Below are positions 11,801 through 21,800 of a stretch of DNA of 64,000 nt, in pieces. Made by a program: the position numbers and the translations under genes. Position 1 is the stretch's first letter, and each line of letters opens with the position of its first letter. Source of the DNA: an archaeon (GTDB taxonomy: Archaea; B1Sed10-29; WALL01); contig JBHOSQ010000002.1 in NCBI GenBank assembly GCA_042584585.1, forward strand, positions 32,001 through 96,000. Direction: 5' to 3'. The notes beneath the pieces were generated by a model. The model was not told the origin of the DNA. It made no database searches and worked only from the letters and a program-made list of their open reading frames with translations.

Positions 11801-12328
11801 CGCGGGTCGGCGGGGGCGTGCTCGACGACGTACGGCGACTACACGCAGACAGTGGCGTATTCAGTAACAAGCCAGCAATGGATTTGCGCGGCCGCGAAGG
11901 ACAACGTGGGCAACACCGCGTACCAGGCGACTGCCACGGAATTCATGGTCGACAAGACCGCGCCCGGCGCGCCTGCATTGACAGTGGTGCAGTACACCAG
12001 CGCGACGTGCCCAACGTTCCAGTGGGACGAGGCAGTCGACACCGGTGGCTCAGGAATAAAGGACTACGAGCTTGAGGTCGCGAGGGACAATAATACTTGG
12101 GTGACAGACCCGGTGGGGCTTGACAACGACGGGTTCGACACCGGGTGGATTGCGCAGGCGACGTACTGCAATGGTGTCTCGTGCTCGTACACCCCAAGCA
12201 CAACACACGAGTGCTCAGCAGGCATGTACGGCGGGGGGACTGCTTGCTTATGCCAGGGCGCATGGTACTGGAGAGTGAGGGCAAGGGACGCGTCACAAAA
12301 CGAGGGGCCTTGGGCAGAAGAAGAGTGA
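2822..12328 (+). CDS. Giant secreted adhesin 1 (3168 aa): N-terminal BNR/sialidase-like propeller, FN3/Ig repeats, 2 LamG, DUF1080-like, CBM-like and fibrinogen-related domains
   Basis: Sec signal MKWLFVFVIALLLVTVTVEA. Asp-box STDAGQTW. Repeated YCYxVxARD FN3 motifs. LamG motifs LVGYWPFEEG...WQHVAVV...FDGSIDELRVY. Fibrinogen-like SGVYWIDP...VYCDMLTDGGGWTLV. No C-terminal anchor. Confidence 0.9.
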   Translation: MKWLFVFVIALLLVTVTVEALGTEITLKTSYASADSPGGGPGAKNVWRDRDGFYHIIFHDGTNDKLYYTYSTSTEPTSAAHFITPVIIFNSAERGSMWLDVSSGIIHLAYAEVDASPRLVYAKCDTDVGCTSGWTSVGTIYNGQTYGLASIVYQQYTDMVTHYITHFVYVKDTLRYRVYYRDYDTARISPYWGTEQIVDNLPSGTTQRYVHPSIDRDTSGRIHLVTRTWVDGGALSTRKCLYTASTDAGQTWKNLAGSVGYNDLLSSNYVEACSINVPSPAKSSSYQVPHVAIEGASSHTQWHTKGSALTGGTWSTPWSYYTSYANWGNLGSDINGNTFYSYSRRNGVVGYVYARQRNNAGAWQTQDTLHASGNSAHQVMEAHAPLCSRGDIGVLYGATGTSTLYFRTIDGAYSECNTPPTLSSVTVSTDPIQGGGEQTVTPSGQGDADSDPLKFVCCIGEGASCTPTTGNTVCNEGQTTYSSPYSSMTCTYDATAGATQSEAAYCRTYDGTEYHMEVGGANDAYDVDSDAPVTTDNGVADNCYGGDWSLTLSPTDAGAASVDWTKYCVDDVSNDCTPSTTGTSVPTDCGAGNACDVYVRYQSQDTVGNLESVKSSGNISIDRAPPNPSSITGIVPSAGQLAVTASQVTDVGCWGDNWYYFTCASGACNDRTWTLNDWTHTDVGLAPATEFCYTITVRDGATNTGSASSQVCGITPGNQPTSMSATASIAAPLNSERGNVDLSWSANSNPGGTIYSIERDQAWIANTTSTTYTDTAGSDNTEYCYRVRAAHPSGSYGSYSTEECAMTADRTSPATPSLTAAADNVLNQVNLSWDQGDDNLVGYWPFEEGSGSSTDDWSPAGGDGTLQGPDWISGQYGRALDFVLANTDYVDVPSGALLDLSAGTNSFTIVGWINPDLSQDVGPIISTRDVINGVVTKGYGFETNINTANGMKVNSLRLVLGTPAWKWNVWGSETNSLVPGSWQHVAVVVTGTNTASKTVQFYIDGVESNTYYWTASTETDVLLWGDNPLSNRIGGYYPATYPPYGVGYFDGSIDELRVYAGKAFTQEEIFNDMESGLITHGVHRGATSWEYGPADGLADNFSDGDYTNDPTWTVPVGTWAVSSEKLTQSFTGGGWTKITAGSSSWDDYVFSVKVKPTTITETYPNVGLMLRAQNSNTYYGIFHHQDDNTWRVYDYQDAAYIFTSSAMSLAMNEWHELKAKVVGDNLKFYVDGVLVADLTDSTMSTGYIGLLTLYTAAEFDDIKVTPLIADDEYGDSGAADTTAPNNGATPTIDQIAINSMRVNWGTSADNGNTWYHYITAFDDEGNEDNIFHDGGCEKGTNPCYFKAGSLVSSGYTVDSSVAYTGGYSVRQDTSSSTKYFGSDFIIGTDIEPNTDYIAECMVKTALSAGYARIYPEHQFTTLHFNSVSGTTDWTRIHTSFTSGASGDVRLLRYTMGTATGQTWWDDCTLHKLTETTVTTGVGSDDYYVYNTVGSGDGGTNSSWQATPYTDTSLSANTQYCYKVRARDNAGTPNVGDFGSQTCKWTLPEDPDAICTSGHVAGTWSSNNDPSFTIDGDANAYHYDWNGASSDTITTGDSTITSPHTFTDTADGTWYLHLISANPDGAVNPGGTQTFSVGGWKIDATAPTSVSTSGGTAGWQNTAASAGVSCSDATSGCDTSTYRVYNRGSAGACDTNYATYTQTVPYSVTSQQWICAAAKDNAGNVKYQGTATEFQVDMLDPTTSDNADTVTCHNIDQTVTLTPGDTGGSGLADTDYCVDTGNSCTPTTSGTSASVTCADGGYCQQYVRYFSTDTAGNTETVNSVGTIKIDKAPPSTPSITVITPGSQQIALTSSVVSDVGCEGGVQYYFDCVSGACNDRTWASGNTYTDTGLADNTYYCYKVKAKDANNKETVLSAQQCAWTTTPAPTLDSVTAEEDGLLVAQKDSLLIDWTGNGATSYDLERTTDTTTVYSGGNTDYTDLNLDDNSEYCYHVRGVDGGGTPGSWSSTVCGINADRTGPTSPVYNATGTQGNPATDCVHILEERGAVASGVYWIDPLQDGGGFEVYCDMLTDGGGWTLVDNDAVNAEVFLSREPIANTDPGITAGKYLQEWAWGPQPRLMVKSSVYNGDLNWVTLIPLTAFANEYPTVTTQPTSEPDAWAADKLNGNMWNDGGSWIYSGSGRFGSVWIGNGGAPTAACNYASTKVSGLGTYANGDVSTCSTWVRPRDPPVPANSVSFEWTQGDSNLVLYMPFEEGTGAATDDWSSSENDGTKIGTWTTGNTDTYTGGALNFGGSSEYVNIPYDASLAPDQLTVMAWFNADAFVNNQRIVSKTEGGGYQLSINEAACPGEVCMLVHTGSYHVVSYAHSNLNTGQWHHMTGTYDGSTAKLYIDGVEVDSNSNPSGNIVYNANNPLCVGAEATSNSCGGGYQFLGEVDEVRVYDTALTQREIIDAMQSGVIGHGVLRADNNAGGATYTPVGGLISATSGTLAPEDYVQDFWLEFDSMEDVSGGEAWEVQFKDGGAFEYIVDRTSLTNVRLQNTACGGTQQSFTAPIGQGVWENIDIIKHGADIMIYQDNVFVGETTLQSCNDPFDTITISGEGMKNIRLVPFNYDNEITDTVAKDETGPNTPSAPTVTAVSTSSLSVDWTEVTDNGDDWFHVVTAWDDNGNDDNILNNWPSIKEYYGLAGYPFWSDATLRSSGRVEPGERIMIQFYEKLHPLSAADSDWVSCYIYETGPWANSCSDSSAATTWDWGQCNRIVGTGGTDYVVGCYHGPNNEHTADGAYVRDLRLRKVHEETVITNTKDYYVAGTSLNAWYTSGAQAAGSLSSNTQYCYTVKARDNGLNEGTASGSGCKYTLPVDPTFSVSHTASQWSADDTVEFTVSNSDGATYYYVWDQNPGTNPTGGTTWDGTLLTKTATADGNNWYLHVVAENPDNAQNPNGAEHLGPYFIDTTGPSSVSTTGAPAGWQNTDASASVSCSDASSLCDSATYRVYNRGSAGACSTTYGDYTQTVAYSVTSQQWICAAAKDNVGNTAYQATATEFMVDKTAPGAPALTVVQYTSATCPTFQWDEAVDTGGSGIKDYELEVARDNNTWVTDPVGLDNDGFDTGWIAQATYCNGVSCSYTPSTTHECSAGMYGGGTACLCQGAWYWRVRARDASQNEGPWAEEE
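7742..8030 (+). repeat. Intragenic ~290-bp domain duplication (second copy ~11666..11954)
   Basis: Both copies encode AGWQNT.ASA.VSCSDA.S.CD..TYRVYNRGSAGAC.T.Y..YTQTV.YSVTSQQWICAAAKDN.GN. Confidence 0.85.
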
Positions 12329-12332
12329 TACA

Positions 12333-12893
12333 ATGGCTAAGAAGAAAAAGATCAAGGTCGACCCCAAAGTTTGGTGGGTGGTCGGAGGAATAATAGTGGT
12401 TGCAGTCATAGCAGCGGCATTCCTCATGGCCAGCGACCAGGGAATAATCAAGCCAATCACGATTCCGGGGCTGCCCGCGGGCCCGGAGCAGCCAATAAAG
12501 CTGTGCGACTACAACGGCGTCTGTGACGGCGTGGAGACGCGCGAGTCGTGCCCCGAGGACTGCATCGAGCCGCAAGCGCTTTCAGTGGAACGGGACGAAG
12601 AGTCCCCTGTGACTGACTCGACGCCAACAGTCGAGATACTCATGGAAAGCGGGACCGGCGTCGCGTCTTGTGGGACGGGCACAAACGACGCCACGCAGTG
12701 GGAATGCGTTGTGGAGGAGCCGGGCGCAATCAGCACAATGGTGCGGTGCACGCTACTGAATTATCATTTTGACGGCAAGTACATGCTTGCCTTGCGGTGC
12801 AAGGACAACAACGGCGCTGACTTGCCCATGCAGCTCATTGACGACACAACGGTTTGTGCGGACCCCGTAACCGGATGCGGGAGGTGGCTCTAA
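12333..12893 (+). CDS. Membrane-anchored Cys-rich protein
   Basis: Basic N-terminus plus one TM helix (VWWVVGGIIVVAVIAAAFLM), a Pro-rich linker, a CDYNGVCDGVETRESCPEDC Cys repeat and an Ig-like C-terminal domain. It abuts the next gene. Confidence 0.75.
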   Translation: MAKKKKIKVDPKVWWVVGGIIVVAVIAAAFLMASDQGIIKPITIPGLPAGPEQPIKLCDYNGVCDGVETRESCPEDCIEPQALSVERDEESPVTDSTPTVEILMESGTGVASCGTGTNDATQWECVVEEPGAISTMVRCTLLNYHFDGKYMLALRCKDNNGADLPMQLIDDTTVCADPVTGCGRWL

Positions 12894-15800
12894 ATGAAGT
12901 ACGCCGCATTGTTCGCGCTGCTTTTGATGGTCAGCACAGCCTTTGGCTTATTGATAGTTGACTGGAGCCCGCCGGACGGGACCATAACGCTGTACGACAC
13001 ATGGAACCAAGATGTTAGCTACGGCAGGGGATGCAACAGCCCAATTTGTGATAACTACCCCCCGGGCGTGGACGGGCAGGTCACCGTGAACTTCACGAAC
13101 GTGACTGATGCATACGAAGGGCAAGCAGTCGCCGTGGCCGGACTGGAGAATTGTTGGATAACCGACTGTGAATTGCTGGACAAGACCGGCTGCCCGGCGT
13201 GCCCGTACGTGAGCTGCGAGGCGTATAGCCCGGACAACGCATTCTTTAACTACGGCGACCCCGTGGACGGGTCAAGCGTCGACTGGACCACCATTGAGGG
13301 CACCGGCGACCAATACGACACCCACTTGGCACACGAGCTTTGGACCGAGGGGCCCGGCACCGACTGGTCGCCATCATGGCCCACACTCCTCCCGCAACCG
13401 AACGAAGGCGTTAGGACGATTAAAGCAATTTGCGCAGACAAGGCGGGCAACATTGCCATCCAAATGCAAGACGACATTTATGGTGACTTTGTGGACCCAT
13501 ACGCCACGATTAGTTACAGCGGCGGATACCAATCAAGCACCAGCATAAGCATCACACAGACTGCCTCGGACCAAGGCAGGAGCCCACCACCGGACCCAAT
13601 AACACATGACACGCAACGGGACCGCGCCGTGATGGCGGACGGAGTGCTGGGAGCGTGGGAAGGCTGGTCCACCATTGACACCAGCGGCACGAACTTCAAT
13701 TGGGACGGGCCGGACTGCTACGGAGTCAAGCTCAGGTACCGCAGCCACGACGTTGCGGACAGGTATAGTGATTGGGAAGACCCAAGTATTACAGTATATA
13801 TAGATACTAACACCCCTGGTGCAGTTGGGTCGCTCACCTCGACCTCGCACCCCCTTGGCACCACTGCGTACGCGAACCAGACCGCGACATTCACGTGGAG
13901 CGACCCGCAGCCGTGCAGCGGGACGCAGTACTACGCGACCGCGGTGACGCAGAGCTCGTCGCACTCGTGGACTGGGACCGAGCCGACGTCGGCCGGCACG
14001 AGCAACGTGACGACCGGGTTGGCCGAAGGGACTTGGTACTTCCACATCCGGTCGCGGAACAACGCTGGCACGTGGGGGACCGCGGACTCGTTCATGATTA
14101 ACGTTGACTTGGGGGCGCCGACGCCGAACCCCGCGACGGTTGCGAGTGTGGTCGTGGACTCGGACACACAGGTGACTGTCACCGCGACCACGGCGACTGA
14201 TGCGTTCGCCCCGATTTATTACCGCGCGAACGAGACGACTGGAAACAGCGGCGGCACGAACTTCACGTGGCAGACAGGCACGTCGTTTGTTGACGGCGGG
14301 CTCGCAATAAGCACGCAGTACTGTTACATTGTCCAGTACAAGGACAAGTGGGACAACGAGGGCGCGTGGACCACGACACCAGTGTGTGACTACAGCAATG
14401 CAGCGGTGCCCGGGGCGCCGACAGTGACTCTCTTGCCAGAGAGCAGCCCATTGAACAGCGGGCTCACGATGGCGAACATCGTTATCGACGAGAACGGGAA
14501 CCCGGCCACAGTGCTCTACAACATAAAAGACGTGGCCACCGGACTCCACGTACAGGCGGACGGAACGCTTGGAGCCAGCGCAGCATGGATGAGTTATGTA
14601 AACTGGGGCGGCTCGAGCGGGATTGACGTAACGCTCGAGGACGATTTTGTGTACTCATTCGCTGTAAAGGCGAATGGGGGCGGAGGGGACTTCAGTGCTT
14701 ACGGACCGGCGATTACTGTGACAGCATTGGACAGAACCGGACCGTCGCCAGTGGACTTGACCGCGACAGCGGACATCGCAAACAACCGTGTCAACTTGAC
14801 GTGGCCGTGGGCAAGCGATGAGATAGCACCGGATATTGACTCCGGATTGGTTGGGCACTGGGAGCTGGAGGACAACACGCTTGACAGCTCAGGCAACGGG
14901 CACGATGGAACCAACCCACTGGGCATTTCATGGGTGGACGGGATACAGGGACAGGCGGGCCACTTCGTAAACGGCCGGACGGCGACGGACATAACCACTA
15001 ACTACTTGCCCTTGACGGTGAGTTTTTGGGTCAAGGAAGACGCAAACACATGGGAGTCCTCCGCCGCAATCGGAAAGCGCGACGGGTCTAGCGGGTGGAT
15101 GTTTTACCGCAATCCCACGTGGGGAGACGGCAACCTTGGGCTCTTGACCTATTACGTAAACACTGACCCCATCACCACAAGCTACATCAACTACGTTTAT
15201 GGGCTCAACGACGGCAATTGGCACCACATCGCGTTCACCATTGAGAACGGCGTGACGACGACTTACAAGGATGGCGTGCTGAACGAGCGGTACGTCATGC
15301 CTAACTTCGACTACTGGCTCAACAACTCCCAGGGCATAAGTCTTGGCTCCGAAAAGGCGGGTAGTGCGAGCTGGAACTTCGACGGGTACTTGGACGACAT
15401 GCGCGTGTACGACCGCTTGCTCACGGAAGACGAAATAAAGGCTTTGACACTCGTGGGGCAGTGGCACTTCGATGAAGGCACTGGCACGGACGCGTTCGAC
15501 GCGAGTGGGTTCGGAAACGATGGGACGATAACTGGAGCCACGTGGGCTGACGGCGTGCACGGCAGCGCGCTTGACTTTGACGGGGCTGGCGACTACATCG
15601 ACGCTGGCACCGGGAACGGCTTTAAGATGGAGGACGGCGCCTTCACGTTTGAGGCAATGGTCAAAAGCGATGGGGGGATTGAAGCTTCTCCAGTCATTAT
15701 GCAAAGAATGTATAACGGAGACTGCGGCGGCTCATCCAATAGCGATGCCATGCGGCTTGGGACCACCCACACAGCCGGCTCTGGCAACCCCGAGTACCCA

Positions 15801-18800
15801 CTGTTCTGGGTCAGGGACAAAAACGGCAACTCGGCGACCGCCACCTCAACCGTCGACATAAACGACGGCAAGTGGCACCACGTGGCAGGCGTGAGGACTT
15901 CTTCAACAATATACATTTACGTTGATGGAGTTGAGACAGGCACTGCCTCCGCAAGCAGCATCGGGGAGATCTGCCCAACAAACCCGTTTGTAATCGGCAG
16001 GCACAGCAGCTCAGCCCAGCGCTTCAACGGAAAAATTGATGAGGCACGCGTGTGGCGCAGGGCGTTGACAGCGTCGGAGCTGCAGTCGCGCGCTTGGTAC
16101 ATGCCGTTCAGGTCTGCGATGCTTGAAGCGAACTATGATGCAATCAAGGGCGCGGCCGACGACTTCAGTGACGGGGATTACACGAGCAATCCTGTGTGGA
16201 CGCCGGGCATCGGTGGGAGCACATGGGGCGTCGAGAATGGGCAAGTGTTTACACAAAGCACGACCGCCTCTGAAAGCTCGCTCACGCTCACAGAAAACAT
16301 CGCGGCGGGCGAGCCGTTCGTGATGACCGTGGACAAGGTCACTGACTGGGCTGAAACCGGAATCCATGGCGGAGGACATTACATACGGCAATACACCGCA
16401 GGCAATTACCAAGTCTCGGGAGTGACCATACCCCACGCCTATGCCCAGCACTGGCGGCTAGAGTTCGACGGCACGACGTACAGGTTCTACTTGAACGACG
16501 AATTAATCCGCGAGTGGGCAGGCAGCAGTAACGGAATATTCGACCTTTATGACGACAGGAACGCTGCGAGTGGCAAAGTGTACTACGACAACGTCAAGGT
16601 TTATTCGCTGCAGGGCAACAGCTACGAGGACACTGACGCAAGCGACACCGAAGCGCCCGACACGCCAGGCGCGCCGACGCTCACCGCGTACAGCACTTCC
16701 ATACTAGGAGTCGCGTGGACAGGTGTGAGTGACACCGGCAACGACTGGTTCCACTTTGTCAAGGCGTTTGACACAACTGGGAACGAAGACAATTACCACC
16801 CGAGCAACGGGCTGGTCAGCTACTGGCCGCTCGGCGACGGGAGCACGGGCAGCGCAGACGGCGCGGTGACGCTGAACCGCGAGAGCACGGACCACGGAAC
16901 TGTGTACGGCGCGACGTGGGTCGATGGCGAGTACGGTAGTGCATTGGACTTCGACGGCGCCGACGACTACGTCACCATCGCCAACACGCACGCATTCGCG
17001 AACGACGACTTTAGTTATACCTTGTGGTTCAAGGCGGACACGCCGCAGGACAACTGGCAGGGCATTATGCTCCAGAACAACTACCACACCGGCGCGCCGA
17101 ACACGTTCTTCGTAGCCGCAATCAGGGGCACGAACGACCCGCCGAACCAGGACAAGGTGCAGGTGTACGACAGGTACAACGGCATCAACGTCGCCGACTA
17201 CTCGGACGGGCTTTACACCGACGGCGAGTGGCACCACTTGGCGGTCACTTATGACCGTGACGGCATGAGGCGGTTCTACATAGACGGCGCGTTCCAAAAA
17301 GAGACAGACATAAGCCCGCACATCGCCATCGCGTTCCAGACCGCGCCGCTGCAATTGGGGCGGGACCTCACTGGCGCACAAGGCGGAACCACCGGTGGAG
17401 TATACGCGTACGATGGCTCGCTCGACGAGATATTGATGTACAGCCGCGTCTTAACACCTGAAGAAGTCGCGGGCATCTACCACCGCGGCTTGATACAGCA
17501 AAGCACGGTCACGACCGGGATTAATGACTACTACGTGAACGGCACCTCACTGGACCAGTGGTACACCACATCACCGCAGAACGCGACCAGCCTCGGTACG
17601 AACACGCGGCACTGCTACAACATAACGGCGAGGGACAACGCGCTTAACGTCGGCAACGTGGGCGGCACGCAGTGCAACTACACGCTCGCGGTCAAGCCAA
17701 GCATCCTGGCTGGGTCCATGGTCTGCGACGGCAACACCAGCAGCGGGTACAAGTGTGACGTTCCCTTCAGTATGGGCGACAACCCGCTTTATACAGAGTA
17801 TTATATAACCGCGACGAGCACCGACGGCGGAACAGGATTCACGGACTCTGGGTGGATTACGGTAAGGGAGACCTATGTTGATACGGGCCTCGACCCGCAC
17901 AAGACGTACTGCTACAAAATCAACGCGAGAAACGGCGACGGAACACTCACCGGCCAGTACACCCAGGTGTGCAAGACCGTAGCCAACAACGTGCCAACGC
18001 TGGGGAGCGCGACCGGCAACACGGATCCAATCAAGGGTACGGCCCAGCAGACGCTTACAATCGGCGGGGTTGACGACCTGGACCAGGAATTGCTATACAT
18101 CCACTGCTGTACGGACGAGGCCAACACGTGCACGCCAACTAACATCAACGACGTGTGCAGCAGCAACGATGCCCATCCATACTCGTCGCTGTCTTGCTCG
18201 TATGCCACTGGTGGCGTGACGACTCGGACCGAATACGTGCGGTGCGTCACAAACGACACTCATGACGTTTCCACGCCGGTGACGAGCGACTCTTACCTCG
18301 TTGACTCGGTTGCGCCGACGACGACGGACAACCACAGCGCTGGCAGCTGCAACGCCGTCGACCAAGTCGTGAGCCTTTCTGCTGGCGACGATGTTGGAGG
18401 AGTCGGCGTGGACTCGACGCTGTACTGCGTGGACACGGCAAACACTTGCAACCCTGTGACAAGCTATTCGGCTCCGGTGACAGTGACTTGCTCGGCAGGC
18501 ACCGCGTGCACCAAGTACTTGAGGTACAACTCAAGTGACGTGGTGGACAACCAGGAAACGGTCAACAGCGCTGCCGTCCAAATCGACAAGTCCAATCCAG
18601 ACGACGGCGTGATAGCGAACATTGTGTCGCTCGGCACGGACAGCCTTAGGGTCACGGCCACCGCGGGCACAGACGACGGGTGCGGAAACTCGAGCCTGCA
18701 GTACTACTTCACCTGCCAATCCGGCGCGTGCAACGATGGCACGTGGCAAAGCGGATTGGTTTATGACGACAGTGGGCTGTCGCCGGCGACTGAGTATTGT

Positions 18801-21800
18801 TACAGTGTCAAGGTCCGGGACGACGCCGGCAACGAAGGCGCGGACTCCGCGGACACGTGTGCGTACACCGACGCGAGCGTGCCGACGATGGACTCCATCA
18901 CGGCAGAGGGCACGCCGCTTAACTCTGGAATCGGGCGAGTGGAAGTCAACTGGAGTGGCAACCCAGCCGGAACTGACTACGAAGTGCAGCGCGACAAGTT
19001 CTTGACGAGGTACAGCGGAACAAACACGGCTTATACTGACACTGGACTGGACAACACATGGTACTGCTACCGCGTGCGGGCCCAGCCGTCGGGAGGCTCG
19101 TGGAGCGGCTGGAGCAACGAATTGTGCACGGTTACTTTGGACAGGACTGGGCCGTCGCCGCCGAACTTGACTGCGACGCCGGACAACGTGAACAACCGCG
19201 TTGACTTGGACTGGACGTGGGCGAACGACGAAATCGCGCCGGACATTGACAGCGGAATGGTCGGGCACTGGAGGTTCGAGGAGGGCAGCGGCATAGCGAC
19301 ATATGACTCATCAGGAAGCAACATCGATGGGACTATAGTCGGCACCCCACAATGGGTTACAGGCCTAGCAGGCAACGCAGTCCAGCTGGACAACAGCTAC
19401 ATCAATCTCGGGGACGCTCCAACACTAGACATAGCTACTGAACTCACTTTATCCATGTGGGTGAAGCCAGATGCGTTTGTTGTGGACAAGTTCCTGTTCG
19501 GCGGCTCATGGAGTTACCACGGCTATTCCCTGCGCTTCGATGATGCCGATAACTCGCAGCTGGAATGGTATGTTGGTGACGGAAGCGCGTATCATTTCTT
19601 CACCTACCCCCACGGCATGGTAACAGGAAAGTGGTACAATATCGTATGCACTTATGACGGAACCGAAGGCAAGGTGTTCGTGAACGGGAACCTGATTGGC
19701 TCAAGAATCGAGCCGTTCATACCGGACGGCGCGTACATACAGGACCACGTGATTGGCACGGACGGAAGCAAGGCAAAACACTTCACTGGAACCATGGACG
19801 ACGTTCGCGTGTACAACCGCGCGCTCACCGACGAAGAGGTGAAGTGGCTGACTCTCGTCGGCCAATGGCACTTCGATGAAGGCACTGGCACGGACGCGTT
19901 CGACGCGACTGGGTTCGGAAACGACGGATCGTTTGTTGGTGACCCCGCGTGGACTGATGGCGTGCACAACACGGCGCTTGAGTTCGACGGAAGCAACTAC
20001 GTCAGCGCTGGAAGCAGCGAAGCCTTGAACCCGAGACAGCAGGGGTGGACCGCAGAAATGATGGTCAAGTCAACCCAGAAGAGCGGGGGCAACGGCGGCT
20101 ACATACGTGTCATGGGAAGGTACGAAGCAGGAGACTACTGGCTGCTCAGGACCCACACGAGCAGTGGTGACTACCCTGTGTTCCAGATAACTGATGGGAG
20201 TAACTCTGCCGGTGTCGCGGGCACTACAACCGTCACCGACGGCGTGTGGCACCACCTAGCGTTTGTGTATGACTACGACGACTCAAGGACATACATCTAC
20301 ATAGACGGAGTTGAAGACGCGGCCAACGATTGGACTGGAACCTCAATGGGGGACATCAACCCAAGCACTGCCCTCCAAATTGGTCAATCACAAGCAGCCA
20401 ATGAAGGATACAGCGGCAAAATCGACGAAGTCCGCGTGTGGAGAAGGGCATTGACCGCGGCAGAGATACAGGCACGGGCGAAGTACGGGCTGTATCGGGC
20501 TGCGGCGCTTGACGGGGCATACGAGCCAGTTGACGGGCTGTGGGATGACTTCGATGGCGCGGCTGTGGACACGGCTACGTGGACCGAACTAACTACCAAC
20601 GACGCATCCATAACAGTGTCCAACAGCGAAGTAACACTCGACGACAATACGGGGATAGCCCACCTAACCACACAAGAAAACTTTGGGGTGTATGGAACAC
20701 TTGAGTTCGACCTCAAGGCAAACACTCCCGAGCCGGGGTCCACTTGGTACAGAATAGCCAAAGTCCCAAACACGTTCTATGTCGACGCCGGCAACATTTT
20801 CTCTATATGGATGACCGGTGGAGTTCAGCTTGGCATAGTAAACGACTACGAATTCCATAACTGGAAGTTCACTTTGGACGGGACGCACATACGGGTTGTC
20901 TACGACGGCAACGTGATATACACGGCGGACCAGGCCAGCAGCCTGGGGACCATCCGCTTGGGCAACGACTTCAGTACCGAACACGGGAACATGGTGTTCA
21001 AAAACGTTAAGTTCACGCCGCTGATTAGCACGAACACATACCAAGACACTGGCGCGAGCGACACGGCAGGGCCGAACACTCCTGCAGCGCCGACTGTATT
21101 GCCCATCAACAGCACCGCAATGCAGGCCTCGTGGAGTGGAGTGGGAGACGTCGGCACCGGGTGGTGGCACTACGTCAAGGCGTTTGACTCGGAAGGCAAC
21201 GAAGACAATTATCACGACAGCAGCGAGCTCATTGGCTACTGGCCGTTCAGTGAAGGCAGCACGGGAAGCGCGGACGGAGTGACGACGTATGACTCCGTTG
21301 GCACCAACGAGGGCACGGTAAGCGGTGCGGCGTGGGCAACAGGCGCTTACGGCACAGCACTTGATTTCACTGGCGGAAACACAGACAAAGTAGCACTGGC
21401 CACTCCCCTCACCCAAACAGTGTGGAGCACGACCTTCTGGGCGCGGCAAGACGCCGGGGCAGACATCAAGGGAATGATAATGGGCGACACCAGCAACACA
21501 ATCAGCTTCATATGGTTCTGGGAAGGCAGCTACTTCAGGTTCAGGTCCAACAGTGGCACTCTCGACTGGCCAGAGCTGACCGACTTCACGACGATGGCCC
21601 ATTATGCACTCGTGAGCGACGGCGTTAGTGTAACGCTGTACAAGAACGGCGTGCAAGTCGGCAGCCCCCAGACGCCGGCATCAACAGAATTCACGGTAAA
21701 TGCGATTGGACAGGGGTACAACAACATTGACTATTCGTTTGACGGCGTGATTGACGAAGTGATGGTATACGACCGCGTGCTCACCGACGATGAAGTGGTA

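Noticed and set aside
7742-11954. Duplicated ~290-bp segments as the template/variable repeats of a diversity-generating retroelement
   Set aside because: Mismatches are not confined to adenines, both copies are coding, and no reverse transcriptase is present in the window.
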